Origin: Chamaesiphon sp.
Lineage (GTDB): Bacteria > Cyanobacteriota > Cyanobacteriia > Cyanobacteriales > Chamaesiphonaceae
Reading direction: 5' to 3'
DNA: 64,000 nucleotides
Assembly: GCA_965246715.1 (NCBI GenBank)
Contig: CBDFFH010000015.1
Coordinates: 320,001 to 384,000 of the forward strand
This document shows, piece after piece, positions 1-10,186 of the stretch. Positions within the stretch are counted from its first letter, which is position 1, and each line of letters opens with the position of its first letter. The translations under genes and the position numbers were made by a program. Below the pieces are notes generated by a model. It ran no database searches, was not told the origin of the DNA, and saw only the letters and a list, made by a program, of their open reading frames with translations.

Positions 1-607
1 AATGATATCAGACATTGCAACATCAATAGATCCATTGCTAAAATGGCAAAATCTGACTAGTATTTGCATGGTAGAATCAGTTCGAGTTGTCAATGAAAAA
101 ACCAGCGTAGAAGCTCGTTATTTCATCAGTAGCTTAGAAGATAATGTTGAAAAACTAGCAGAAGCAATCAGAGGTCATTGGTCGATAGAAAATTCACTCC
201 ATTGGGTACTTGATGTTATTTTCAAAGAAGACATTAGTCGAATTAGAAAAGATAATGCTCCAGCTAATTTTGCTGTTTTAAGACATATAGCAGTTAATAT
301 AATGAGTCAGAACAAGAGTCGAAAACTAAGTGTTAGGAAGAAGCGATTTCTTGCGAGCCTTGATGAAGAATATTCGCGCGAACTTCTAGAGGCTATTTTA
401 GCCTAAATTTAACTAACCCCAGAGTATGAATTTGGCTAAATATCTTTAGCCGCACTTTTGCCGGACTAAATTGAGTTAATTTAACCTCGTCTTTGGTTTC
501 GATTTTATTGATATTGTCGTAATTGTAGTTAAGCAATCGAATATCATTAATCGCCTATTTTAGTGGCTCTCGATCGAAATAAATCCTGTTTTGATGCGTT
601 CACCCTG
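1..607 (+). mobile_element. ISAs1-family IS, right part; probable right terminal IR ending ...TTTGATGCGTTCACCCTG at 607
   Basis: Transposase tail plus an end resembling ISAs1 termini (5'-CAGGG on the minus strand); left end and TSD are not in the window. Confidence 0.7.
2..406 (+). CDS. ISAs1-family transposase, C-terminal part (5' end outside window)
   Basis: RYFISSL...IRGHWSIENSLHWVLDVIFKED..R.R.DNAPANFAVLRHIA motif typical of ISAs1 (H-repeat) transposases; AT-rich. Confidence 0.92.
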   Translation: MISDIATSIDPLLKWQNLTSICMVESVRVVNEKTSVEARYFISSLEDNVEKLAEAIRGHWSIENSLHWVLDVIFKEDISRIRKDNAPANFAVLRHIAVNIMSQNKSRKLSVRKKRFLASLDEEYSRELLEAILA

Positions 608-1049
608 GCTTCGGAACCGCCCCCGAAAAATAAACTTTAACCTACAGATCGACCCATAGTGCCAAGCTAATGCGAAGCGCCAATCGCTGCCCACCAACAA
701 ACCCTTGTGCAGGGGAGTTTGAGGAGCGGAATGCCGCCCCTCAACGGGCAGGGTGGTTTCATACAAGAAAAGAAAAAACATCATCGACTTGGTTAGCCCA
801 CAATCGTAAAGCTTGTGGGTATCGATCGAGCATACTAAGTAGTAAAGAGCCGGTTATTGTTGCTAGATATTAAGTTAAATTTTTACTCGATCGCGTCCAA
901 TCCCTAATTTCTTTGCGACAATCAAAGTCAATGCTTATTGGCTAGCGATCGCTAAGCTCGGAACCAATCCCCAGCCTGTTCTCGCAGAGGAACAACAGGC
1001 GGGGAGCCGAAGTAGAATGTTCGCCGCTAATCCCTATGAGGAAAAATAT

Positions 1050-2576
1050 ATGAAATTAGCTTATTGGATGTATGCCGCTCCCGCTCACATTGGGACATTG
1101 CGCGTCGCAACTTCGTTCAAAAACGTTCACGCGATCATGCACGCGCCCATCGGTGATGACTATTTTAACGTCATGCGATCGATGCTGTCGCGGGAACGGG
1201 ACTTTACACCAGTAACTACCAGCGTAGTCGATCGACACGTTCTATCGCGGGGTTCGCAGGAAAAAGTCGTTGATAATATTACCCGCAAGGATGCCGAAGA
1301 GCATCCCGATTTGATCGTCCTCACGCCGACTTGTACTTCCAGCATTCTCCAAGAGGATTTGGCTAACTTCGTCCAACGGGCATCCTTGGAAGCCAAAGCC
1401 GATGTCTTATTGGCCGATGTCAATCACTATCGCTTCAACGAGATGCAGGCTGCCGATCGCACGTTGCAACAGATCGTCCAGTATTATGTCGAAAAAGCCA
1501 GAAAAAAAGGCGATTTAGTCACCCAGAAAAGCGAGAAACCATCGGTAAATATTATCGGCATCTCCACCCTCGCTTTCCACAATAATCACGACTGCACCGA
1601 ACTCAAAAAGTTAATGGGTGAGTTGGGAATTACCGTTAACGCCATCATTCCTGAAGGCGCACATGTTGAAGAACTCAAAGGCCTGGGTAAAGCCTGGTTT
1701 AACTTGTCTCCCTACCGCGAATTAGGGCCGATGACGGTAGAATACCTCGAACGCGAATTGGGCACGCCCTACGTCGATATTACCCCTATGGGTGTAGTCG
1801 AGACAGCCCGGTGCATTCGGAAGATTCAAACCATCCTTAATGCTAACGGTGCGGATGTCAATTATGAAGATTTCATCAACGAGCAAACTATCCACGTTTC
1901 GCAAGCTGCCTGGTTCTCCCGATCGATCGATTGTCAAAACCTGACTGGCAAAAAAGCAGTCGTCTATGGTGATGCTACCCATGCAGCCGCGATTACCAAG
2001 ATTCTCACCCGCGAGATGGGGATTCACGTTGTGTGGGCGGGGACTTTTTGCAAACCTGATGAAGAGTGGTTCCGCAAGGAAGTCGAGGGTTTCTGCGATG
2101 AAGTAATTATCTCTGACGATCATGGATTAATTGGCGATGCGATCGCCAAAAGCGAACCTTCAGCCATCTTTGGTACCCAAATGGAACGCCACGTTGGAAA
2201 ACGTTTGAATATTCCGACTGGGGTAATTTCGGCCCCGATTCACGTTCAGAATTTCCCGATCGGTTATAAGCCTTTCTTGGGTTATGAAGGTACGAATCAA
2301 GTCGTCGATCTGATCTACAATTCCTTCACTCTAGGCATGGAAGATCACCTATTAGAAATCTTCGGCGGTCACGATACTAAGGAAGTAATTACTAAAGGGA
2401 TCTCGGCTGATTCTGACCTGGGTTGGAATAAAGAAGCGCAAGCCGAACTCAATAAGGTGCCTGGGTTCGTACGCGGTAAAGTCAAGCGTAACACCGAGAA
2501 ATTCGCCCGCGATCGCGGTCAGGATATCATCACGCTCGAAGTAATGTATGCAGCCAAAGAAGCTGTAGGTGCATAG
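1050..2576 (+). CDS. chlB: Light-independent protochlorophyllide reductase subunit B
   Basis: [18 protein letters not shown]...[12 protein letters not shown]-terminus and C-terminal PCP_red domain ([17 protein letters not shown]); ATG at 1050 after GAGG. Confidence 0.97.
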   Translation: MKLAYWMYAAPAHIGTLRVATSFKNVHAIMHAPIGDDYFNVMRSMLSRERDFTPVTTSVVDRHVLSRGSQEKVVDNITRKDAEEHPDLIVLTPTCTSSILQEDLANFVQRASLEAKADVLLADVNHYRFNEMQAADRTLQQIVQYYVEKARKKGDLVTQKSEKPSVNIIGISTLAFHNNHDCTELKKLMGELGITVNAIIPEGAHVEELKGLGKAWFNLSPYRELGPMTVEYLERELGTPYVDITPMGVVETARCIRKIQTILNANGADVNYEDFINEQTIHVSQAAWFSRSIDCQNLTGKKAVVYGDATHAAAITKILTREMGIHVVWAGTFCKPDEEWFRKEVEGFCDEVIISDDHGLIGDAIAKSEPSAIFGTQMERHVGKRLNIPTGVISAPIHVQNFPIGYKPFLGYEGTNQVVDLIYNSFTLGMEDHLLEIFGGHDTKEVITKGISADSDLGWNKEAQAELNKVPGFVRGKVKRNTEKFARDRGQDIITLEVMYAAKEAVGA

Positions 2577-2590
2577 ATAAATATCCATCG

Positions 2591-2696
2591 ATCGGTTGCT
2601 GAAAATACAAAATTTTGTAGGGGTGGGTTTCCGGTAGAAATTATCGAAAAATTTGATTGATATCGATCGAACCCGCCCGCTCCAACAGCAACCGAT
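2591..2696. repeat. Small inverted-repeat element with REP-like core
   Basis: ATCGGTTGCTG...CAGCAACCGAT termini enclosing GTAGGGGTGGGTTT...AACCCGCCC; lies between convergent genes. Confidence 0.6.
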
Positions 2697-2754
2697 TTTT
2701 GTTAATAAAAAGATGCGATCGCGAGTAAAAAATTTAGCATTTTGCCATCGAGAA

Positions 2755-3336
2755 TTAGTGACGAGTCGAGCGAGGGCGATCGATAACTCGATCGATTAAT
2801 CCATATTCCACTGCTTCAGCAGGTGAAAACCAGAAATCTTGCTGGGTGTCGGCTTGGATTGTTGTTACGGGTTGCCCTGTATGTACTGCCAGTAAATCGT
2901 TTATCAGGCTCTGAATCTGGTGCATTTCTCGTGCTTGAGTCTCGAGATCGACACCATCCACAACACCAGCATACAGCGGACACAACATTATCCGTGCTTG
3001 AGGCAAGCTAAATCGCTTTCCTTTGGTGCCACTCGCTAGTAAAAATCCGGCCATCCCACCAGCTAAACCCATACAAACCGTACTCGTATCGACATCAATA
3101 TGCTGAATGGTATCGTAAATTGCCATCCCCGCAGTGACAGAACCACCTGAAGAATTGATGTGTAGATGAATGTCTTTACTTGAATCTTTGTCTGCTAAAT
3201 ACAGCAGTTGGGCGACGATCGAATTTGTTAACTCATCATCTATTTCAGCGCTTATGAAAATTATGCGTTCGCGCAATAGTCGAGTATAAACATCTAGGGG
3301 ATTATCCTCATTCGATCGGTTGCCGAAAATACCCAT
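2755..3336 (-). CDS. ClpP-family proteolytic subunit homolog, probably catalytically inactive
   Basis: DVYTRLLRERIIF, INSSGGSVTAGMAIYDT, EAVEYGLIDRV; nucleophile motif reads GLAGGM (normally GxAASM) and RIMLCP (normally RIMIHQP). Confidence 0.88.
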   Translation of the reverse strand: MGIFGNRSNEDNPLDVYTRLLRERIIFISAEIDDELTNSIVAQLLYLADKDSSKDIHLHINSSGGSVTAGMAIYDTIQHIDVDTSTVCMGLAGGMAGFLLASGTKGKRFSLPQARIMLCPLYAGVVDGVDLETQAREMHQIQSLINDLLAVHTGQPVTTIQADTQQDFWFSPAEAVEYGLIDRVIDRPRSTRH

Positions 3337-3555
3337 TATTTTCCAGCCTTAAAGTTCTCAACGACCATAATATAGCCAAATATTACCAATAATGAAAGCA
3401 TTTCATCAGAAATAAGACATTTGCGCGATCGATCTTTAGAGCTTCTGTTCGTTCGTGGCCGAGATAATCCAAAATCCAAAATCAAACGACTGCCATCAAC
3501 CGAGGCATCAACGCTTATAATGAGTGTGCTAGTTGTGGACGCTCCAAGAACTGAC

Positions 3556-4947
3556 ATGGTAAATTTAAATCCGACTTCTTCTTTCAGTATTTCCATGCAC
3601 CTGGAAGTACCCAATCGATCGGGTATGTTGGCAAGTATCGCTCAGGGGATTGCTTCGGTGGGCGGAAATATCAGTACGTTGGATATTACCGAACAGACGC
3701 GCGATCTGTCGCGGATGGATGTCACTGTCGATGCTACCAGTACCGAACATGGCGACCAAATTGTCGAAGTAGTCAAATCGATTCCCGAAGTGCGATTGAC
3801 GAGTACCTTCGATCGCACGATGGAACTGCATCGCGGCGGTAAAATTCGGATGGAGAGTAAGATTTCGCTTACCCGTCAGTCGGATTTGGCGATGGCTTAT
3901 ACGCCGGGAGTCGGGCGCGTGTGTATGGCAATCCATGCCGAGCCAGAAAAAGTTTACGCCCTAACGATCAAGTGTAATACAGTCGCGATCGTCAGCGATG
4001 GGAGTGCAGTATTGGGATTGGGCAATTTGGGCGCAGCCGCTTCGATGCCGGTAATGGAAGGTAAGGCGATGCTATTTAAAGAATTTGCGGGGCTGGATGC
4101 CTTCCCCATCTGTCTGGATACCCAAGATACCGAAGAAATTATCAAAACTGTCAAACATCTCGCGCCAGTATTTGGCGGCATCAATCTCGAAGATATCGCT
4201 GCGCCGCGTTGTTTTGAGATCGAAGCCAGATTGCGCGCCGAGTTGGATATTCCGGTATTTCATGACGACCAACATGGTACCGCGATCGTCACTCTCGCGG
4301 CACTACTGAACTCGCTCAAGCTGGTGAAAAAGCAACTCAATACCGTCAAAATCGTCATTAACGGTGCGGGTGCAGCCGGAATCGCGATCGCGAAATTATT
4401 TAAAACCGCTGGTGTCGAGCATATCTGTATCTGTGACTCCAAAGGCATCATCTCCACGAATCGGACAGATCTCAATCCCGAAAAACTCGAATTTGCGGTC
4501 AGTCAAACGGGTACGCTCGCCGATGCGATGGTGGGTGTGGATGTCTTCCTCGGCGTGAGTGCGCCGGGAGTCGTCAGCCCCGAAATGGTCAAATCGATGG
4601 CCAAAGATCCGATCGTGTTTGCAATGGCCAATCCGATTCCCGAAATCCAACCTGAATTAGTCCGCAATGACGTGGCGGTGATGGCGACAGGACGCAGTGA
4701 CTATCCTAACCAAATCAATAACGTCTTAGCCTTTCCTGGGGTCTTTCGCGGCGCGATCGATTGCCGTGCCAACCAGATTACGATTAACATGTGCCTCGAA
4801 GCGGCCAAAGCGATCGCATCTTTGATTAATCCCAACGAACTCAACCGCGAATATATCGTGCCATCGGTGTTCGATAAACGCGTCGTCACTGCTGTTGCTG
4901 GTGCAGTCCAAAAAGCAGCGCGAGAAGAAGGGGTTGCGAAATACTAG
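3556..4947 (+). CDS. Malic enzyme with N-terminal ACT domain
   Basis: AYTPGV, VSDGSAVLGLGNLG, MEGKAMLFK, FHDDQHGTA, GAGAAG, TGRSDYPNQINN; ATG 3556 preferred over TTG 3421. Confidence 0.94.
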   Translation: MVNLNPTSSFSISMHLEVPNRSGMLASIAQGIASVGGNISTLDITEQTRDLSRMDVTVDATSTEHGDQIVEVVKSIPEVRLTSTFDRTMELHRGGKIRMESKISLTRQSDLAMAYTPGVGRVCMAIHAEPEKVYALTIKCNTVAIVSDGSAVLGLGNLGAAASMPVMEGKAMLFKEFAGLDAFPICLDTQDTEEIIKTVKHLAPVFGGINLEDIAAPRCFEIEARLRAELDIPVFHDDQHGTAIVTLAALLNSLKLVKKQLNTVKIVINGAGAAGIAIAKLFKTAGVEHICICDSKGIISTNRTDLNPEKLEFAVSQTGTLADAMVGVDVFLGVSAPGVVSPEMVKSMAKDPIVFAMANPIPEIQPELVRNDVAVMATGRSDYPNQINNVLAFPGVFRGAIDCRANQITINMCLEAAKAIASLINPNELNREYIVPSVFDKRVVTAVAGAVQKAAREEGVAKY

Positions 4948-5030
4948 GAAATGAGGATTTAATAACATACAAATCTACCCTTGCCCCTACCAATGGTCGG
5001 GTTGGGGGCGGTACCTAATCCTTAGACCCA

Positions 5031-6359
5031 GTGATTCAGTCAGTTAATCGCAAGAATTTATGGTTCGAACGATCGATGGCAATAATTGCCTCGATCGGAT
5101 TTTTAGTGGCAATATTCGATCTGACTTATATCCCCTGGCGCGGGTTCTATTTCAAGCAGATTCCTCAAGTTACGCAGTTTTACGATCCCTACAAAGGGAT
5201 CGAACCACATCGCGAAACCGAGCGCTATCTCAATGCTGTCGAACAACTTAAAGGAGTAGTTAAAACAACCGGAATAGCTTCCCCCGAAGCTCAAAGTTGG
5301 CTACAAGAATTGGATACTTTGAGCGTGAGTATGATTCAAAATAATCCTTTTCAAGCTGCTGGCAAAACTGGTAACTTAGAAAAGATTAAAAATGAAGTGC
5401 GCGATCGCGTTCGCAATCAGTCGGCAAAGGGTGCGTTTGCAACTTTCTGGAGTCAACCTTACTTAATTAAGGCTGGCTGGGACAAGGAGATTGGTTTCTA
5501 CGATCGCAAAATCAAACCATTAATCGTCACTAACTATTATCGCCGTTTAGATGAGGATGGAGATTTTATCGATCGCTTCTGGGAGATCGATCTGATTTTT
5601 ATCGGTATCCTCGCTGGTGAATTTATCGGGAGAAACTTTTATATTCGCCGTCACAATCGGAACGCTAGTTGGCAGCAAGCAATTATCTGGCGCTGGTATG
5701 ACCTGATCCTATTATTACCGTTCGCTCGCATTCTGAGAGTAATTCCAGTTGTCATCCGATGGCACCAGGCAAAATTTATTAACTTAGACTTAATCCGGAT
5801 CGAAGTCAATCGCTTGCTCGTCGGGCAAATTATTAACGATCTGACTGATGCTGTCGTGATACAAGTATTGCAAAAAACTCAAAGTGCAGTCAAGCAGGGG
5901 CAAATAATCAAACTTATGGGTGGCTATCTCAACGGGCCACACATCGATTTAAATAATGTTAATGAAATTGAAGCGATTGTCGAACTAATTTTGGAGATCG
6001 TGGTCTATCGGGTAATTCCGAGAATTCAGCCGGATCTCGAAGCGATATTTCGACATTTATTTCACAAAGCCTTATTGGAATCTCCCGCTTATCGCAATCT
6101 CCAAATGCTCCCTGGTATTGGCGAGTTGCCCGCTCAGGCGATCGATCGAGTGGTTAAGGAAGTTTCGGCATCAATCTACATTGCCCTTACCAAAGTCATG
6201 GCAGACCCCGATCGAGGTAAGCTCGGTCAACAGCTAGCCGCCAATCTCACTCAAGCGCTCGGCGATGAAATGCAGCGCGGCCAGACAGTTATCAAGATCG
6301 AAGCTCTGCTCTACGATCTACTCGAAGAAATTAAAGTTACTTACAATAATAAATTATAG
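5031..6359 (+). CDS. Hypothetical membrane protein with ion-transport S1-S4-like helices
   Basis: 442-aa ORF; hydrophobic segments including IDLIFIGILAGEFIGR and WYDLILLLPFARILRV. Confidence 0.75.
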   Translation: MIQSVNRKNLWFERSMAIIASIGFLVAIFDLTYIPWRGFYFKQIPQVTQFYDPYKGIEPHRETERYLNAVEQLKGVVKTTGIASPEAQSWLQELDTLSVSMIQNNPFQAAGKTGNLEKIKNEVRDRVRNQSAKGAFATFWSQPYLIKAGWDKEIGFYDRKIKPLIVTNYYRRLDEDGDFIDRFWEIDLIFIGILAGEFIGRNFYIRRHNRNASWQQAIIWRWYDLILLLPFARILRVIPVVIRWHQAKFINLDLIRIEVNRLLVGQIINDLTDAVVIQVLQKTQSAVKQGQIIKLMGGYLNGPHIDLNNVNEIEAIVELILEIVVYRVIPRIQPDLEAIFRHLFHKALLESPAYRNLQMLPGIGELPAQAIDRVVKEVSASIYIALTKVMADPDRGKLGQQLAANLTQALGDEMQRGQTVIKIEALLYDLLEEIKVTYNNKL

Positions 6360-6402
6360 AATTTACGAACCATCTGCTGTCGATCGACTAATATTTTCGA
6401 AT

Positions 6403-7854
6403 TCATACTGGTGGAAACTTTTTTAAAAATTGCATTAGTTCCTTCCGGAAATTAGGATTATTATAACGTTTTGCTGACATTGCGCCTAAGTGCAATGCTG
6501 TATGCGCTAAGTTGAATTGTTCTGTATAATAGAGTGCCATTCCCTCAGCATAAAAGCTAGTTTCATCGCGATCGATCTGCTGTTCCAACCCACAATCTTG
6601 AATTGATTTTGCGCGATCGAAATCCTCAATCGCCTGGGGAATTTTACCCTGCTCGTAATAGATTACCCCGCGATGATATAGGGCATAAATATACATTGGC
6701 GAAAGCTCGATTGCTTGCGTAAAATTCTCGATCGCGTGAGTTTGTAATCGCGAACGGTGGTAAATTATTCCAAGTAAATAATGAGCGTCAAAACAAGCTT
6801 TGTCTAATTCTTGAGCCTGCTGACAACTACTCACCGCTTGCTCGTAGTTGCCCTGGCGAAAATAAATCCACGCGATCTCGGTATAAGCTTTAACATATCG
6901 AGGATTGAGTTCGATCGTCTGCTCGTAATCGGCTAAGGCATTATTTAAATTACCTAGTTCCGCATGACAGATTCCGCGTCGAAAATAAGGCGGAATCGAC
7001 TGAGGAGCTAGGGAAATAGCTTTAGTGCAATCCTCGATTGCTTTAGAATATTTGCCGCGCAAGCGATGAATTTCAGCGCGATCGTCATATACAGTTGGTT
7101 GCCACGGATTATTCTGCAAAAAGAGATCGTAATCAGCACCTGCCTCTTCAAGATTACCTAATTGTTGATGAGTGCGCCCGCGTGCATGATACAGGATAAT
7201 CTCTTCTGGCTTAAGCGCGATCGCCCGCTCGAAATCGGTCAAAGCGAGGGTATATTTTTTCAGTCGATCTAAACAGATACCGCGATAATAGTAACCATAA
7301 GAATCATGCGGACAAGCCGTAACATGGCGATCCAAGATCGATAATGCTGTTGCATGGTCTTTCACCTTAATTAAGGCCATTGCTGCCAGCCACAGCGCTT
7401 CAGAATGCTCGGGAGACTTGGAAAGGATATGCCGACAATCGGCTAGAGTTACCGAATAGTCATTCAAACAGTAAGCGACGATTGCGCGTTGATGAAAATA
7501 TTCCTCGCACTCGGGAGCGCACTTAATCGCTAAATTGCAAGCATCTAAAGCGGCTGGATAATCTTTGAGATTGTAGTGAGCACGAGCTAGCCCGATATAG
7601 GCTGGAGCTAATTTAGGATCGATTACTCCCCAGCCAGAACTTGCTACTGCTGTAGTTTGTGGGGTAGCGACGGCTACCGATCCCTGGAGCGCAATGTCGA
7701 TCGCTAGCAGGTATGCTGCTTTTGCGCGATTGTAGTCTTTCGATTGCATTAAGTTGCGCGCTGCTTCACAATGAGATCGCACTAACTGTTCGATGTCCAT
7801 CATACTTTCTCGATTCGGCGGACTTGGGGTTGCAGCATCAAATGGTAACGGCAT
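6403..7854 (-). CDS. Tetratricopeptide-repeat protein
   Basis: Many TPR units (AY..RG......A..DF..AI.L.P); start may be the downstream MMDIEQ. Confidence 0.9.
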   Translation of the reverse strand: MPLPFDAATPSPPNRESMMDIEQLVRSHCEAARNLMQSKDYNRAKAAYLLAIDIALQGSVAVATPQTTAVASSGWGVIDPKLAPAYIGLARAHYNLKDYPAALDACNLAIKCAPECEEYFHQRAIVAYCLNDYSVTLADCRHILSKSPEHSEALWLAAMALIKVKDHATALSILDRHVTACPHDSYGYYYRGICLDRLKKYTLALTDFERAIALKPEEIILYHARGRTHQQLGNLEEAGADYDLFLQNNPWQPTVYDDRAEIHRLRGKYSKAIEDCTKAISLAPQSIPPYFRRGICHAELGNLNNALADYEQTIELNPRYVKAYTEIAWIYFRQGNYEQAVSSCQQAQELDKACFDAHYLLGIIYHRSRLQTHAIENFTQAIELSPMYIYALYHRGVIYYEQGKIPQAIEDFDRAKSIQDCGLEQQIDRDETSFYAEGMALYYTEQFNLAHTALHLGAMSAKRYNNPNFRKELMQFLKKFPPV

Positions 7855-8311
7855 ATTATAGTCTAGACACCCAAATAAATATCGCTAGCGATGCTCTGTC
7901 GCAATTGTGAAGCTACGAGATTTCTAGTTCGGACTCGCTCCCAATTTCGGCTCGAACCCTACTTTAATTTTGGCCGAATATAGTTAGAGAATGCACTTAT
8001 TTTTACTTAATAAAAATTTTTACCTCTTCTTTGCCGACTCAATCTCCACTACATGGAAATTTTCCACAACCGTTTTCACCCAGTCTGAAAGCTTATATCT
8101 ATATTACCCCTTTAAGCGGAGAATATCGCTAATCAAATATCTACTATGGTCGATTGTCATCGACCGTTCCGAGCTAGTGCAACATCCCGATCGGCGAATC
8201 CACTTCGTTCTAATACGATCGGCTGTGGTCATGCAATGTTGTTGTTGGCTGGACAGTCCCGATCGATACATTAATCATCATGCGCTATACATCGGATCCT
8301 AACTTGGCGTT

Positions 8312-9537
8312 GGGAGCATCCCACTTTTTATTAGTTTTATGTAGATAAAGCGTATGTACTAGTATGGCGATCGAGAAATCTGGTGAAAATAGCAGCAGAG
8401 GGAGCATAATCTTGAGATAATGGGGTCAAGTAAACTAAGGTAGTGTAATGAGTCCAGAAGAGCAAAAAGAACTCGATCGACACACAAAAGCTATTGCCAA
8501 AATATTGTATAAAAATACACCAAAAGAAGAACTAACAAGCTTAGGAAAAATCGAAGAAGCGGTGAGAGCGAGAATGCAAGAGTATGTGATGCCATCCGTC
8601 GGAATTTTTTTATCGAAAATGTCACAGTCGAAACTGGAGGATATAAAAGACAGATCCAAAGCATAATTGGAGAATTAGCAATCACAAGCAAACAGGCAGC
8701 CAAGCTAAATATCAAAAGTCATACCCAAATCAGTCCGTATTTGGAAGCTTGTTGCTTGCGTATAAGTGCATCAATTTCTTACGAAAGGACAACAGAGGAA
8801 GTCAAATATTTAACTGGAGTGGAGATATCAAAAAGTGCCCAACAGAGGTTAATTCACAGACAAGAATTTGAATTGCCTCAAGCTGAGACACCCGTGGCAG
8901 AATTGAGTGTAGATGGGGGGAATATTCGAGTGAGAACCCCAAAGGGAGAGGTGTGTAGCTGGAAAGGATACAAAGCAACAGTACTACATCAACAGCAAAA
9001 AATTGCATCATCATTTCAAGAAAATGAGACGATCGTTAATTGGGTAAATAGTCAAGAATTAGCTCCAGTTGTTACTTGCTTAGGTGATGGCCATGACGGG
9101 GTATGGAATATCATCAAGGAATTTGTACCTATTGGTGAAAGAAGAGAAATTCTCGACTGGTTTCATTTGATGGAAAATCTCCATAAAATTGGCGGTTCCA
9201 ACCAAAGATTATTTGCAGCCAGAGAATTACTCTGGTACGGAAAAGTTGATGAGACGATTAAGTTGTTTGGTGATTGTAATCTCAAGCAAGCTGAAAACTT
9301 TTGTGCTTATTTAGAGAAACATCGTCATCGGATAATTAATTATTATTATTTTCAAGCCGAACAAATCTGCTCTATTGGTTCTGGTTCCATTGAGTCTACA
9401 ATTAAACAGATCGATCGCCGGACTAAAATTTCTGGAGCGCAGTGGAAATCTGAAAATGTTCCTCAAGTATTAGCGCATCGCTGCGCCTACCTCAACGGGT
9501 TAATTTGCGATCGCTAAATAAAAAGTGGGATGCTCCC
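8312..9537 (+). mobile_element. Intact ISKra4-family IS, 1226 bp
   Basis: 21-bp perfect terminal IRs GGGAGCATCCCACTTTTTATT; 9-bp target duplication CTTGGCGTT at 8303-8311 and 9538-9546. Confidence 0.93.
8448..9517 (+). CDS. ISKra4-family transposase, orfA/orfB joined by probable -1 frameshift at T7 run 8605-8611
   Basis: orfA 8448-8666; the -1 frame is open from the T run (FFIENVTVETGGYKR...) into VDGG, LGDGHDGVW, LDWFH, IGSGSIES motifs. Confidence 0.88.
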
Positions 9538-10186
9538 CTTGGCGTTATCGACATGAAAACAATGTATTTGCGTGCTGACAAGCAAGCATCGTCTATCGAT
9601 ACAAATGAATTTTTACGGCGGTTGTAGTTACCAACCTTCATTAAAATTCGCCCGACATACTAGTTTTAACTGCTAACTTTGTAACTGTAGCTTCCCATAC
9701 TATCTGCAACACCTGATGTTGATAAATATGATGGTAATGCAATAATAATAAATATGAAGTTATCTTCGAGCGATAAGATCTTGGCGGCGATTGCGGCAGC
9801 GGTTGAAATACTCCAGTCAAAAAAATTGACTGGAGTACTCATTACAAAGCAAGCGACAGGGTGGTGTAGTCGACTTACTATCTTTACACTTCAATTTAGT
9901 TAATTCCTAGGGAAATTGGGGAAGTTAATAATAACTTAAGTGAAACTTAAATTGAGATCGGTTGAAATAGTTGCGTTCGTTGCACACCAGGCGATACCAT
10001 CGGATGTTAAATATCTATTAGCTATACCACTCGAGCGAAATCAATCGTTCCAAGTGGCTGAAAATTAATTGCCAGAAGTGCAAAGCTTCCTGCTTATCAA
10101 AAGTTCGATCTGTGTTCGATCGAATCCAAGATTGGCTCGATGTCAAAAATTACGAATTTCTTTGGGACGATCGATCGACAATAAAG

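Noticed and set aside
560..873. Short ORFs 560-784 (-) and 670-873 (+)
   Set aside because: They overlap the IS end and degenerate repeat-like DNA and show no protein motif
7991..8302. 103-aa ORF upstream of ISKra4 and a single TTTTCCACA DnaA-box-like 9-mer
   Set aside because: Low-complexity translation of AT-rich promoter DNA; one box is not an origin
9687..9700. GTA-N8-TAC NtcA-like site
   Set aside because: No properly spaced TAN3T -10 element, and the motif is short enough to occur by chance
9754..9903. 49-codon ORF MKLSSSDKILAAIAAAVEIL...
   Set aside because: No RBS or recognisable family, and it runs through a palindrome; cannot be supported
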